The notes under the pieces: model-generated
Seen by the model: only the letters and a program-made list of their open reading frames with translations
The model's database searches: none
Told to the model about the DNA's origin: nothing
Part shown: one piece after another, positions 48,836 to 57,978 of the stretch
Layout of the letters: each line of letters starts with the position of its first letter
How positions within the stretch are numbered: the stretch's first letter is position 1
Made by a program: the position numbers and the translations under genes
From: an uncultured Acidobacteriota bacterium
Lineage (GTDB): Bacteria; Acidobacteriota; UBA6911; RPQK01; JAPXNP01
Length of the DNA: 64,000 bases
Assembly: GCA_963777605.1 (NCBI GenBank)
Contig: CAVZRV010000010.1
Coordinates: 512,001-576,000 of the forward strand
Direction: 5' to 3'

Positions 48836-49505
48836 TCAGAGGATGAAGGTGGCCGCCTGTTCCACGGATTTCTTCTCGAGGACCGGGACCTGCACTCCTT
48901 CAGCGGGATATCCCACAGGAAACAGTATATAGGGCCTCTCGTTTCCAGGCCGGTCAAGTATCTCCCTTAGAAAGCCCATCGGGCTCGGAGTGTGAGTCAG
49001 GGTGACCAACCCCATCTGGTGAATCGCAGCGATGAAAAGACCGCAGGCGATTCCGACGCTCTCCTGGACGTAATAGTTCTTTCTCCTGCCGCCGCCGGAA
49101 GTCACGCGATAGGACTCGGCGAACACCACCACCAGCCAGGGAGCGGTTTCGAGGAACGGCTTCTTCCAGTCGGTTCCCAGAGGAGCCAACTCTTCGAGCC
49201 ACTCCTCGGGCATGCGGTGCTGATAACTTTCCTGCTCCTCCTTCTCCGCCGCCTTCCCGGATCCGCTGTTTTACTTCGGGATTGCCGACGGCTACGAAGT
49301 GCCACGGCTGACAGTTGGCACCCGAAGGGGAACTGATCGCCGTCCGGATCGCCAACTCGATCAGATGGCGGGAAACCGGTCGGCTGGAAAACTCCCGGAC
49401 GCTGCGTCGCCGTAACATCGCGGTCTGAAATGAAACCGCCCTCTGCTCCATTTCTTCGATGGAGTACTCCTGGAACTCGAGCGCCTGAAACAAGGTCCGG
49501 CCCAT
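48836..49505 (-). CDS. Iodotyrosine-deiodinase-like nitroreductase; +1 frameshift at about 49254
   Basis: RRSVREFS, SPSGANCQPW, restored IREAAEKEEQESYQHRMPEEW..LAPLGTDWKKPFLETAP, YYVQESVGIA, LTHTPSPM. Confidence 0.88.
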
Positions 49506-49507
49506 GG

Positions 49508-50554
49508 CTACCTCCCGGCCGGAGCGACCGGCTCTTCCAGCAACTTGATGGTGCCCTTGTCGGCATCGACCTCGGCGAGAATTCCCTCCGGCAGCGTCCA
49601 CTTCTCGGGGATGTGCCCGATCATGGCGCCCTGCCAGGCCGGAACCTTGAGGGGAACCAGGTGATCGTCGAATACCTGCTCCAGGGTCAGCGAGCCATAG
49701 CCGGTTCCCGGCGAGCAGTCGGTGCACTTCCCGATCACGACCGCAGAGACCTTCTCGAGGATCCCGGCAAGCCCCAACTGAGTAAGCATCCGGTCAATCC
49801 GGTAGATGTCTTCATGCACGTCTTCGAGAAACAGGACTGCGTTGTCCCAATCGGGAAGGTAGGCAGAACCGATAATTGCGGAAAGTACCGTCAAGTTTCC
49901 ACCCAGGAGACGCCCGCGGGCCCTGCCGGGAAAGATTGTCTCCACCCGGTCGGCGACCTGTGTCAGGTTGTTACCCAGTCGAGTCGGATTCGAATAGAGG
50001 ACCGCTTCGCCCTCGAACAAGACCTTCCTGACGTAGTCCACGGAGTAACTGTTCCAGGGGCCAAGGCCGATCGGCCCGTGAAAAGTAACCAGCCCGGTCC
50101 GGGCGTGAATGCCCAGAAGTAGAGCGGTGACGTCGCTGTAACCCATAATGATCTTGGGGTTGCGGGCGATCGTGTCATAGTCGAGCAAGGGCAATATACG
50201 GGCACACCCCCACCCCCCCCGCACGGCGACCACACCATCGATCGATTCATCGGCGAACTGGGCATTGAGGTCGGCGGCGCGTTCCTCGTCCGTACCCGCG
50301 AGGTACCCGTAGCGATCGAGGACGTGCTCACCCTTCTTGACTTTGAGGCCGAGCGCTTCCAGGCTTTCGACCACGATCTCCACATCGGACCGCAGGAAAG
50401 TCGCGCCCGCGGGATTGACAATCGCCACCCGGTCCCCGGCTTTAAGCCGGCGTGGCTTGATGACCGGACGTGAAGCCGCCTGCCCTTGAACCAGGGCACT
50501 TCGCAGCCCGAAGCCGGCCACACCCGCCGAAGCAAGAAAAGAACGTCTGTTCAT
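49508..50554 (-). CDS. Tat-exported LD-carboxypeptidase (S66 family)
   Basis: MNRRSFL leader; AGTDEERAADL, RGGWG, GYSDVT, GGNL, FLEDV, IGH. Confidence 0.9.
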   Translation of the reverse strand: MNRRSFLASAGVAGFGLRSALVQGQAASRPVIKPRRLKAGDRVAIVNPAGATFLRSDVEIVVESLEALGLKVKKGEHVLDRYGYLAGTDEERAADLNAQFADESIDGVVAVRGGWGCARILPLLDYDTIARNPKIIMGYSDVTALLLGIHARTGLVTFHGPIGLGPWNSYSVDYVRKVLFEGEAVLYSNPTRLGNNLTQVADRVETIFPGRARGRLLGGNLTVLSAIIGSAYLPDWDNAVLFLEDVHEDIYRIDRMLTQLGLAGILEKVSAVVIGKCTDCSPGTGYGSLTLEQVFDDHLVPLKVPAWQGAMIGHIPEKWTLPEGILAEVDADKGTIKLLEEPVAPAGR

Positions 50555-50711
50555 AGCTCTTTCATCTCCTATCCATTTCCACCCAAGTGGTCCGTTCCCG
50601 AAATTCGAAACCTGAAAGTCTGAATCAACTACGATCAAAACAACTTTTCGGGAACTTTTCCACGTTCCGTACGTGAAAAGAATAAATAGCCATTCCTCCT
50701 GGAACAAATCT

Positions 50712-51461
50712 ATGAGTCAATCCAACCTGCTTGAAACGCTGGATCGATCTGATCGAATCTGGCATTTGAGCCGAACTGGGCTCCTCGAAGGCCTGGGACC
50801 TGAGGATCTGGAAGCCGTGATCCTCCACCTTGAAGACCGTGTCTACGCCGAAGGCCGAGTGATCTTCAATCCGGGCGAATCGGCTCAGACAATCTACTTT
50901 CTCAACCGCGGCTCGGCACGGTTGTCTCTGGTGCCGGACGACCACCGGGAGAAAACGGTCGAAATCCTCAAAGGAGGGGACGTTTTCGGAGTCGAGGCGA
51001 TGAGAGAGTCCGGCCGCTACGAGGTCCGCGCGGAAGCCCACGAAGAGAGCTGGATTTCGCTGCTTCCCAGACAGGACTTCATTCAACTGGCCGGTCGCCA
51101 CCCTGCCCTCTGCAACAACCTCATTCAACTGCTTCTCGAGAAACTGGCCCATGCCCATGATGAAATCAAGGCGCTCTGTTTCCTCGACATCGAACAGCGC
51201 CTGATCCAGGCTCTCCTGCGACTGGCACGCAAGCATGGCCATCGGCTGGCAAACCGTAACAACATGGTCCGGCTCCAGCTCCGGCTCTCCCACGACTACC
51301 TGGCACGCCTCACCGGTGCCAACCGCCCCTATCTCTCCAACATCATGTCCAGCCTCAGAAAACAGGGCTTGATTCAATACCAGAGAAAGCACCTGCTGAT
51401 CGACTTCGACGCGCTCAATTCCCAAGCCCGGTCCGGTGCCCAGGTCGGCCGCGTAGATTGA
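50712..51461 (+). CDS. Crp/Fnr family transcriptional regulator
   Basis: cNMP-type domain (IFNPGE, GDVFG) and HTH LSHDYLARLTGANRPYLSNIMSSL. Confidence 0.88.
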   Translation: MSQSNLLETLDRSDRIWHLSRTGLLEGLGPEDLEAVILHLEDRVYAEGRVIFNPGESAQTIYFLNRGSARLSLVPDDHREKTVEILKGGDVFGVEAMRESGRYEVRAEAHEESWISLLPRQDFIQLAGRHPALCNNLIQLLLEKLAHAHDEIKALCFLDIEQRLIQALLRLARKHGHRLANRNNMVRLQLRLSHDYLARLTGANRPYLSNIMSSLRKQGLIQYQRKHLLIDFDALNSQARSGAQVGRVD

Positions 51462-51495
51462 CCCAGGCCGGAGCTTTGTGTTGCCATGAGCAGGC

Positions 51496-52278
51496 GTGTT
51501 GAAATCAAGCTTCCGCCTGCTGCTGGTTGGGTCGCTCGCTCTTGTTGGGGGGTGTGTCCGTCACCGGATTATTGAATCCGCCGCAGATCACCAAGTCGGG
51601 AACTCGCTCGTTCAAACCGTTCTCTACCGTGCCGAGGGCTCCGATTTGCTCCTTCTGAACCTGCACGAGAACGAACACACTTCGGTTGAGGCAGGACTAC
51701 ACCTGATCCGTCGCAAGGGTGGCGAGGTACTCATGCTGCGTCACTCCGGAAAGCGGATGATCTCGTTTCACTTCGACAACCGGCCGTTCGAGTTCGATCC
51801 GAACCGGATGTTCACGGACGGGGGAGCCCAAAAGACCCTTTCGGCCGAGTCACCGGCCCCCGAAGGAGCAATCCGCATAGTACGGAACTTCGCGACCAAC
51901 GTCCTGAACAGCTACCATCTCAACCGGCAGTCCATCATCGTGACGCTGCACAACAACAGCGAGGGTTCCTACTCAGTTTTGAGCTACCTCCCCGGGGGTG
52001 AGTACGAACTCGATGCTTCCCAGGTCTACGTCAACCGAAGGCGCGACCCGGACGATTTCTACTTCGTCACCACAAAGGCATTCTTTGACGGATTGAAAGA
52101 CAGGGGCTTCAACGTGGTCCTTCAGAACAACCGTTTTGCCACCGACGATGGTTCCCTGTCGGTATTGGCCGGGTTGAAGGGAATTCCCTACGTAAATGTC
52201 GAAGCCCAACTAGGGCACCTGAAGGAACAGGAAAAGATGCTGGGCGCCGTCTTCAAGCTGATTTCCAGCCGAGAGTAA
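51496..52278 (+). CDS. Lipoprotein with a putative Zn-carboxypeptidase/deacylase-like fold
   Basis: Lipobox VGGC; LHENE (HxxE), DPNRMF, TLHNN, DDGSLSV, YVNVEA. Confidence 0.65.
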   Translation: MLKSSFRLLLVGSLALVGGCVRHRIIESAADHQVGNSLVQTVLYRAEGSDLLLLNLHENEHTSVEAGLHLIRRKGGEVLMLRHSGKRMISFHFDNRPFEFDPNRMFTDGGAQKTLSAESPAPEGAIRIVRNFATNVLNSYHLNRQSIIVTLHNNSEGSYSVLSYLPGGEYELDASQVYVNRRRDPDDFYFVTTKAFFDGLKDRGFNVVLQNNRFATDDGSLSVLAGLKGIPYVNVEAQLGHLKEQEKMLGAVFKLISSRE

Positions 52279-52284
52279 AGGTAT

Positions 52285-53220
52285 CTATCGGATCGAGGCT
52301 GCCACACGATCCTGTTCGGCCCGAAGCTGAGGGTCTTCCCGGACACCATCCTTCAACTCCATGAAGTCGGGGCGCAGATCCTTCACCGAACGGGATCGAT
52401 CGAACGTCACCAGCAGGTCACCCAGGTAACGGCCCCTCTCGATCGAAGAGAGAATGACGCTCGACCCCACCTGGAACGGCCGGTAGCGGACAAAACGCTT
52501 CTCCGTGGTGATGATCAAGTCGATCCCCTCGACCGACTGGGCCAGTTTGACAATCGGTGAGTTCGGGGGGATCTGTTGGGAGGGGCGAATCGTGTCCCAG
52601 AGGAGGATGACCAGGTCGGCCTTCTTGCGCAGATCCGGCATCACTGCCCGAACCGCTTCGACCGGGTCGAGGGCCCGAAAACCCGAGTTGGGCTTGACCA
52701 GCATAGGGTCAACCAGCCCGAGGAAGCCGATTCGGACCGCTCCTCCTTCGACTCCGACCAAGGGCACATCTTTGATCAGAAAACGCCCGGGCACCGGAAT
52801 TCCTGCCTCCCTGGGCTCGAGGTTCGTCGAAATGAGGCGGTCCCGGACGGCCTTGCTTTCGGAAAGTTGCGGCCACCAGTAGAGATCATCCGAACCCAGG
52901 TTCATGGCCGTGATCGGAATCCGCTCCAGGCTCTCCTCCATGAGTTGATTCACTGCTTCGGCGCTCGGCCCGGGACTCTCGAAGTAGTTACCCGCATCGA
53001 TTTGCAGCAGAGGGCCTGCCCAGGTCTCCAAGATCTCTGAGGTGTATCCAACCCGCCGGGCCAACCCTCCATCTGGGCCTCCGGCACAGCCGCAAGGTTC
53101 GAACGTGCCCTGGACGTCACCCGTAAAGAGAATCCTGACCGCGGTCTCCGAAGAGTCCTTGCCCGAAGCAAACCCTGCGGTCGCCACAAATAGAACGGTT
53201 ACTCCTATCCACTTGAGCAT
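52285..53220 (-). CDS. Secreted UshA-like (5'-nucleotidase N-terminal) metallophosphoesterase, CxC form
   Basis: Signal peptide; ILFTGDVQG.FEPCGC...GGLARR, IDAGN, ISTNL, IGFLG, GRYLG. Confidence 0.75.
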   Translation of the reverse strand: MLKWIGVTVLFVATAGFASGKDSSETAVRILFTGDVQGTFEPCGCAGGPDGGLARRVGYTSEILETWAGPLLQIDAGNYFESPGPSAEAVNQLMEESLERIPITAMNLGSDDLYWWPQLSESKAVRDRLISTNLEPREAGIPVPGRFLIKDVPLVGVEGGAVRIGFLGLVDPMLVKPNSGFRALDPVEAVRAVMPDLRKKADLVILLWDTIRPSQQIPPNSPIVKLAQSVEGIDLIITTEKRFVRYRPFQVGSSVILSSIERGRYLGDLLVTFDRSRSVKDLRPDFMELKDGVREDPQLRAEQDRVAASIR

Positions 53221-53271
53221 CACAAGTTCAAAGATGAGACAATGTCGCCGAAGTCGCACGAGGGTTAGTTG

Positions 53272-54018
53272 ATGGCACGAATTTCCGATCTTCGATTCAA
53301 GCACCGCCTGTTCATGAAGACCTACCGCTACCGGGCCGCCGATTGGGGAACTGGTTCGAAGCTGAACAAACCTCTCTCGGAATGCCGCATCGCGCTGGTG
53401 ACGACTGCCGCCCTCTACCGGGACGACCAGGAGCCTTTTGACGAAGAATTCAAAGGCGGGGATTTCTCCTACCGGATCATCTCGAGCGACACCGACCTCG
53501 ATACCCTGCGGATCGGTCATCGAAGCAGTGCCTTCGACCACTCCGGGGTGGAAGCGGACAAGAACCTGGCCCTTCCCATTCACCGATTCCAGGAACTCGT
53601 GGAGCGGGGCCGAATCGGTTCTTTGAACCACCGCCATTTCAGCTTCATGGGATCGGTCTCCGCTCCCGGCCGATTGGTTTCGAAGACAGCCCCTGAGGCC
53701 GCCGAACTTCTCCACCAGGATGGTGTCGATGCCGTGTTTCTGACACCAGTCTGACCGCTCTGTAATCAGTCCGTTGGACTGATCCAGGGCGCTATCGAGA
53801 AAGCCGGAATTCCCACCGTCTCGATCTCACTGCTCCGAGAAGTCACCGCGAAAGTAACTCCGCCCAGGGTTCTTTTCGTCGATCGACCGCTTGGCTACCC
53901 ACTCGGCACTCCGCACAATGCCGGCGACCAGCACGAGATTATCGCGGCAGCCCTCGAAGTGCTCGAGTCGTCTGGTCCCCTGCCGCTCTTCGTGGAGTTC
54001 GAATCCGCACGGCGGTGA
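53272..54018 (+). CDS. PrdB/GrdB-like selenoprotein (UxxC); Sec encoded by TGA at 53752
   Basis: KPLSECRIALVTTAAL, GDFSYR, DKNLALPI, HFSFMG, DAVFLTPV-U-PLCNQSVGLIQ..IEKAGIPTVSIS...PPRVL...LGYPLG. The frame stays open for 87 codons past the UGA. Confidence 0.9.
53755..53783 (+). promoter_or_regulatory. Bacterial SECIS-like hairpin
   Basis: ATCAGTCC-GTT-GGACTGAT, an 8-bp stem at 53765-53783. The apical G lies 19 nt downstream of the UGA. Confidence 0.75.
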
Positions 54019-54455
54019 GAATCTGGCGGCCGGTTGCGGCTCGCACTGGCGCCATTCCAACTACCGGGGTGAAACTCACCGCTTCGCTTCCAATCCGGGG
54101 AATATTTCCAGCCCCGGAGAAAGCAGGGCCGGACAAAGCCTTGATTGTGTACGGCCGGAAACGCCTGTTCGGTGCCAAGGTTGTTGACGACAGTGGCAGT
54201 ATCACTGGTTTTCGGTCTGGTGAACCCTGCATTGGCGGCGCTCGCGGTTGACCTGTCGCCGACCGAAACAACAGCGGGTCTTCTGAAGCGCCGGTTGCAA
54301 CGCCTTCAGTACAGCTGACCGTCGGACGCGTTTGATCGGTCCGGCCCCGCCAATCCTGTCAGACCTGTTGGACTTACCGGAATTGTTCGACCGCTTCCCC
54401 AATCGTGTATCCTTGGGCAAAAGGTGGGCAACCCCAGGAAGGAGACCGCAGTCTG

Positions 54456-55199
54456 ATGCAGGTTTTGTGTTTCGAGAGTGATCCCTTCGTCCCAACGCGA
54501 GAGGTCGTGCTGGAACTGCAGGGGGTCCCCAAGACAGGAAAGATCTCGCCGCAATCAGAGGCGCTTCTGGCGTCGGCACTGGAAGAGGTCGACGGCCTGG
54601 CCGAACCGAAGGCCGTTTATCGACCCGTCAGCGAGGAAGATTTTGCCGCGGTCTACGCCGGAGAGGGAGTCAACGAGCACCCCAATCCTGTCGACGAAAT
54701 CTTTCCCCGTGCCGGGCGACTCGCCCTATTCGCCCTGACCCTCGGGCCGGTCATCAGCGACCGGATAACAAGCCTGTTTCGCGAAGGGGACTTTGCCCTG
54801 GGATACATGCTCGATTCGGTGGCGTCGGTGATGGCCGAGCAGGTCGCCGACCGGGTCGAGGCACACTTCGAGGAAGCATTGGAACGGAACGGCCTGCCTG
54901 AGCGTTCCAGGGCAGTCATGCGATACAGCCCGGGATACTGCGGCTGGGACTTGTCGGGCCAGCGCAGCCTGTTTCAGTTCCTGGACCCTGGACGAATCGG
55001 CATTACGATCAACGAAAGTTGCCTGATGACGCCAATGAAGTCGGTCTCCGGGGTCATGATTGCGGGTGAGCCGGAGATTCACTATTTCGAGAACGACTAC
55101 CGCTTCTGTAGGGAATGCCGAACCAAGACCTGTCGGGGGAGGATCCGGGCGCTGAAAATGCGCTTTGAGCCGGGTTTCGTCTGGCCCCACCGGTACTGA
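54456..55199 (+). CDS. Stand-alone B12-dependent methionine synthase activation (reactivation)-domain protein
   Basis: FALTLG, GYMLDSVAS, RYSPGYCGWDLSGQ, IGITINESCLMTPMKSVSG, C-terminal CRECRTKTC. Confidence 0.85.
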   Translation: MQVLCFESDPFVPTREVVLELQGVPKTGKISPQSEALLASALEEVDGLAEPKAVYRPVSEEDFAAVYAGEGVNEHPNPVDEIFPRAGRLALFALTLGPVISDRITSLFREGDFALGYMLDSVASVMAEQVADRVEAHFEEALERNGLPERSRAVMRYSPGYCGWDLSGQRSLFQFLDPGRIGITINESCLMTPMKSVSGVMIAGEPEIHYFENDYRFCRECRTKTCRGRIRALKMRFEPGFVWPHRY

Positions 55200-55233
55200 C
55201 TCGCCATAATTCCACTCCGACGAAAGGATCCTT

Positions 55234-55689
55234 TTACCCGTAGGAGTGCGGTTTCTTCTCCGGATCGTATGTAACCAGCGTCTTGTAGCTGTCCGTCAGG
55301 CGTTCGCGGACGAAGGCAGCCAGGCGTCGATAGAAGGTGAGGCCTTCCGCGGGAACCTCTTCCAGCAGCTGGTTCATCTTCACACCCTCGATCCGAAACA
55401 CGGTGGCATGGGTCAGGCACTGGGCCGACGCCGTGTAGGAACTGGGGCCCAGCAAGCTGGACCAACCGAAGACGTCTCCGGGGCTGCGAACCGTCTTGGC
55501 GACCGTCCCCGATTCCCCGACCGCAATCCGGATTCGCCCTTTCTCGAGGATGTAAAGGGAGCGGGCGACTTCGCCCCGACGGAAGATGTAGTCCCCTTCC
55601 TTTAAACAGCACTCTTCCCCGAGTTCGAAAACCCGGTCACGAAGTTCCGGCTGCATTTCGTCGAACAGATAAGATCGTTTTACGAACAT
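55234..55689 (-). CDS. Stand-alone cyclic-nucleotide-binding domain protein
   Basis: IFRRGE, LYILEKGRI, PGDVFGWSSL, YTASA. Confidence 0.85.
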   Translation of the reverse strand: MFVKRSYLFDEMQPELRDRVFELGEECCLKEGDYIFRRGEVARSLYILEKGRIRIAVGESGTVAKTVRSPGDVFGWSSLLGPSSYTASAQCLTHATVFRIEGVKMNQLLEEVPAEGLTFYRRLAAFVRERLTDSYKTLVTYDPEKKPHSYG

Positions 55690-55701
55690 CTCCGCTTCCT
55701 C

Positions 55702-57465
55702 CTAGAAAAGCCCGGTTACCTTGCCCGTCTCGACATCGACATCGACCCGGCGGAAACCCGGATTGGAGCCGGTGCCCGGCATCAGGCTGATCGTTCCGGC
55801 GCAGGGACACAGGAACTTCGCACCCGAATAGATCAGCACGTCGCGGATCGGCAGAATCCAGTTTCTCGGGACTCCTTTCAGAGCCGGTTCGTGACTGAGA
55901 CTCAGGTGTGTCTTGACCATCAGTGTCGCATAGCCTTCGTAGCGCGGGTCGGATTCCAGCATCTTGGCCTTCTCCAGGGCCTCGGGCGACCAGGCTACGC
56001 CGTCGGCTCCGTAGATCTCCTGGGCGATCGTCTCCACGCGGTCCCGCAGCTTCATTTCCATTGGGTAGAGAAAACGAAAATCGGTGTCCTCCTCGCAGGC
56101 ATCCAGCACGGCATCCGCCAGTTCCAGCGCACCTTCCCCACCTTGAGCCCAGTGGTCGCTGAGTGCACAGCGGGCCCCCGCCTGTTCCACGGCATCGCGA
56201 ACCATCTTGACCTCGTCCGGCGTGTCGGAAACAAATCGATTGATGCACACAACCGGGTTGATCCCCGACCTGCGGACGATTTCCAGGTGGTGGAGCAGGT
56301 TCGGCAATCCCTGCTCCACCAGTTTCAGGTTCTCGGAGCGGTACTCCTCAGGAAGGCTGATCCCCGGAACCACCCTCGGCCCTCCGCCATGCATCTTGAG
56401 CGCCCGGATCGTCGCGGTGAGCACCGATACGTGGGGTTTGAGCCCGCTGTAACGGCATTTTACGTTCCAGAACTTCTCGAACCCAATATCCGCACCGAAG
56501 CCGCTTTCGGTTACGTGGTAGTCAAAGAGCTTCAAGCCGACGCGATCCCCGATGATCGACGACTGCCCCACGGCGATGTTGGCGAAGGGACCGGCGTGCA
56601 CCATGACCGGCTGATACTCCGCCGTCGAGCAGAGGGTCGGATTGATGGCGTTCCTCATCCAGGCACACATTGCCCCTGCCACCTCGAGGTCGGAGGTCGT
56701 CACGGGATTTCCGCGCTTGTCAAACGCGAGGGTAATCTCTCCGAGACGCTTCCGCAGGTCGGGGAGATCGTTGACGATCGAGAGGATCGCCATCAACTCG
56801 GAACTGACCGCGATTCCAAATTTCGATTGCATCATGAAACCGTCGAAGCGTGCCCCGATGCCGACAATGACGCTCCTGAGCGCCTGGGCACAGAAATCCA
56901 TGATCCAGCCAAACTCCACTCGGGTCGGGTCCACATCGAGACGGGACATCCCGGTGAGGCGCATCAACTGCTCGTCCGAGTAGTTGCGCTCGTGCTGCAT
57001 TCTCGCCGTCAGCGCCACCATGGCCAGGTTGTGGGCATTCATGATGTCGTTGATGTCCCCCGTCAATCCCATCGAGAATTCGGTCATGGGAACCAGCAGC
57101 GCGTTGCCGCCACCGGCTGCGGTCCCCTTGATGTTCATGGTCGGACCTCCCGATGGCTGCCTGAGGCAGCCTCCGACCCGCTTTCCGCGCATCCCCAAAC
57201 CCTCGAGCAGACCAAGCGAGGTGGTCGTCTTGCCTTCTCCAAGGGGGGTGGGGGTGACAGCCGTGACTTCGACATACTTTCCGTCGGGCCTGCCTCCGAG
57301 GCGTTCCATGATGCGCAGGAAGTCAAGCTTGCTGACCCGCCCCATGGGAATGACTTCGTCTCGTGCAAGTCCCAGTCGATCGCGCCATTCGTCGGACCGG
57401 GGCATGTTGGGTTCGGCCGCTTCCGAGATCTCCCAGTCGGCCATTTTCGTGGGATCGTACGGCAT
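55702..57465 (-). CDS. fhs: Formate--tetrahydrofolate ligase
   Basis: [68 protein letters not shown]. Confidence 0.96.
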   Translation of the reverse strand: MPYDPTKMADWEISEAAEPNMPRSDEWRDRLGLARDEVIPMGRVSKLDFLRIMERLGGRPDGKYVEVTAVTPTPLGEGKTTTSLGLLEGLGMRGKRVGGCLRQPSGGPTMNIKGTAAGGGNALLVPMTEFSMGLTGDINDIMNAHNLAMVALTARMQHERNYSDEQLMRLTGMSRLDVDPTRVEFGWIMDFCAQALRSVIVGIGARFDGFMMQSKFGIAVSSELMAILSIVNDLPDLRKRLGEITLAFDKRGNPVTTSDLEVAGAMCAWMRNAINPTLCSTAEYQPVMVHAGPFANIAVGQSSIIGDRVGLKLFDYHVTESGFGADIGFEKFWNVKCRYSGLKPHVSVLTATIRALKMHGGGPRVVPGISLPEEYRSENLKLVEQGLPNLLHHLEIVRRSGINPVVCINRFVSDTPDEVKMVRDAVEQAGARCALSDHWAQGGEGALELADAVLDACEEDTDFRFLYPMEMKLRDRVETIAQEIYGADGVAWSPEALEKAKMLESDPRYEGYATLMVKTHLSLSHEPALKGVPRNWILPIRDVLIYSGAKFLCPCAGTISLMPGTGSNPGFRRVDVDVETGKVTGLF

Positions 57466-57793
57466 GGCTTTCTCCTCTCGAATGGACCTCGCGCAGTGAT
57501 TCGCAGCGAGATCGCGTTGGATGACCAGCGGTCCCCTACCGTGACTCCCCTATTCCAGCACGCCGCCACAGGAAAGAAAAGGTGACACGCACCAATTCCG
57601 GTCCTAAGGGCCCACAAACAAAGGATTCCTTACCAAGGCTGGCACCAATTACCAGGATGGCGACGAGGGACCAGCAATCTAAAGAGTGGGGATCAGAAAC
57701 CGGTACGGCGACAGGGAGAAGCTTCACCGCAGCGCCGCAGAGTGCGCCAGGGTTTCGCGGAGAGTAAAACCAACCGAAGAACGAGAGTGAAAG

Positions 57794-57871
57794 TGGCGTC
57801 CCCAGGGGGATTTGAACCCCCGTCGCCGCCGTGAAAGGGCGGTGTCCTAGGCCAGGCTAGACGATGGGGAC
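57794..57871 (-). tRNA. tRNA-Glu (TTC)
   Basis: GTCCCCATCGTCTAGCCTGGCCTAGGACACCGCCCTTTCACGGCGGCGACGGGGGTTCAAATCCCCCTGGGGACGCCA folds as a cloverleaf with an encoded CCA. Confidence 0.96.
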
Positions 57872-57978
57872 GCTCTCGATGAAGGCGGCATTCTAGCAAT
57901 TTTGTCCGACCAAGTCCAGCGCGGGTGGAAAGGGCAAGACTGGATAGACAACGAGAAGTCGTTCACAATACGGAATCC

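Noticed and set aside
54019-54455. Cobalamin riboswitch or small ORF (54015-54251) upstream of the MetH-activation gene
   Set aside because: No ordered B12-box elements are present and the ORF has no recognisable features. Only a 7-bp hairpin (TCCGGGG/CCCCGGA) is seen.
57466-57793. THF or ZTP riboswitch upstream of fhs
   Set aside because: I could not find the conserved core motifs on the minus strand.
52000-57871. Genomic island integrated at the tRNA-Glu 3' end
   Set aside because: No integrase and no duplicated tRNA 3' end noticed in the window.
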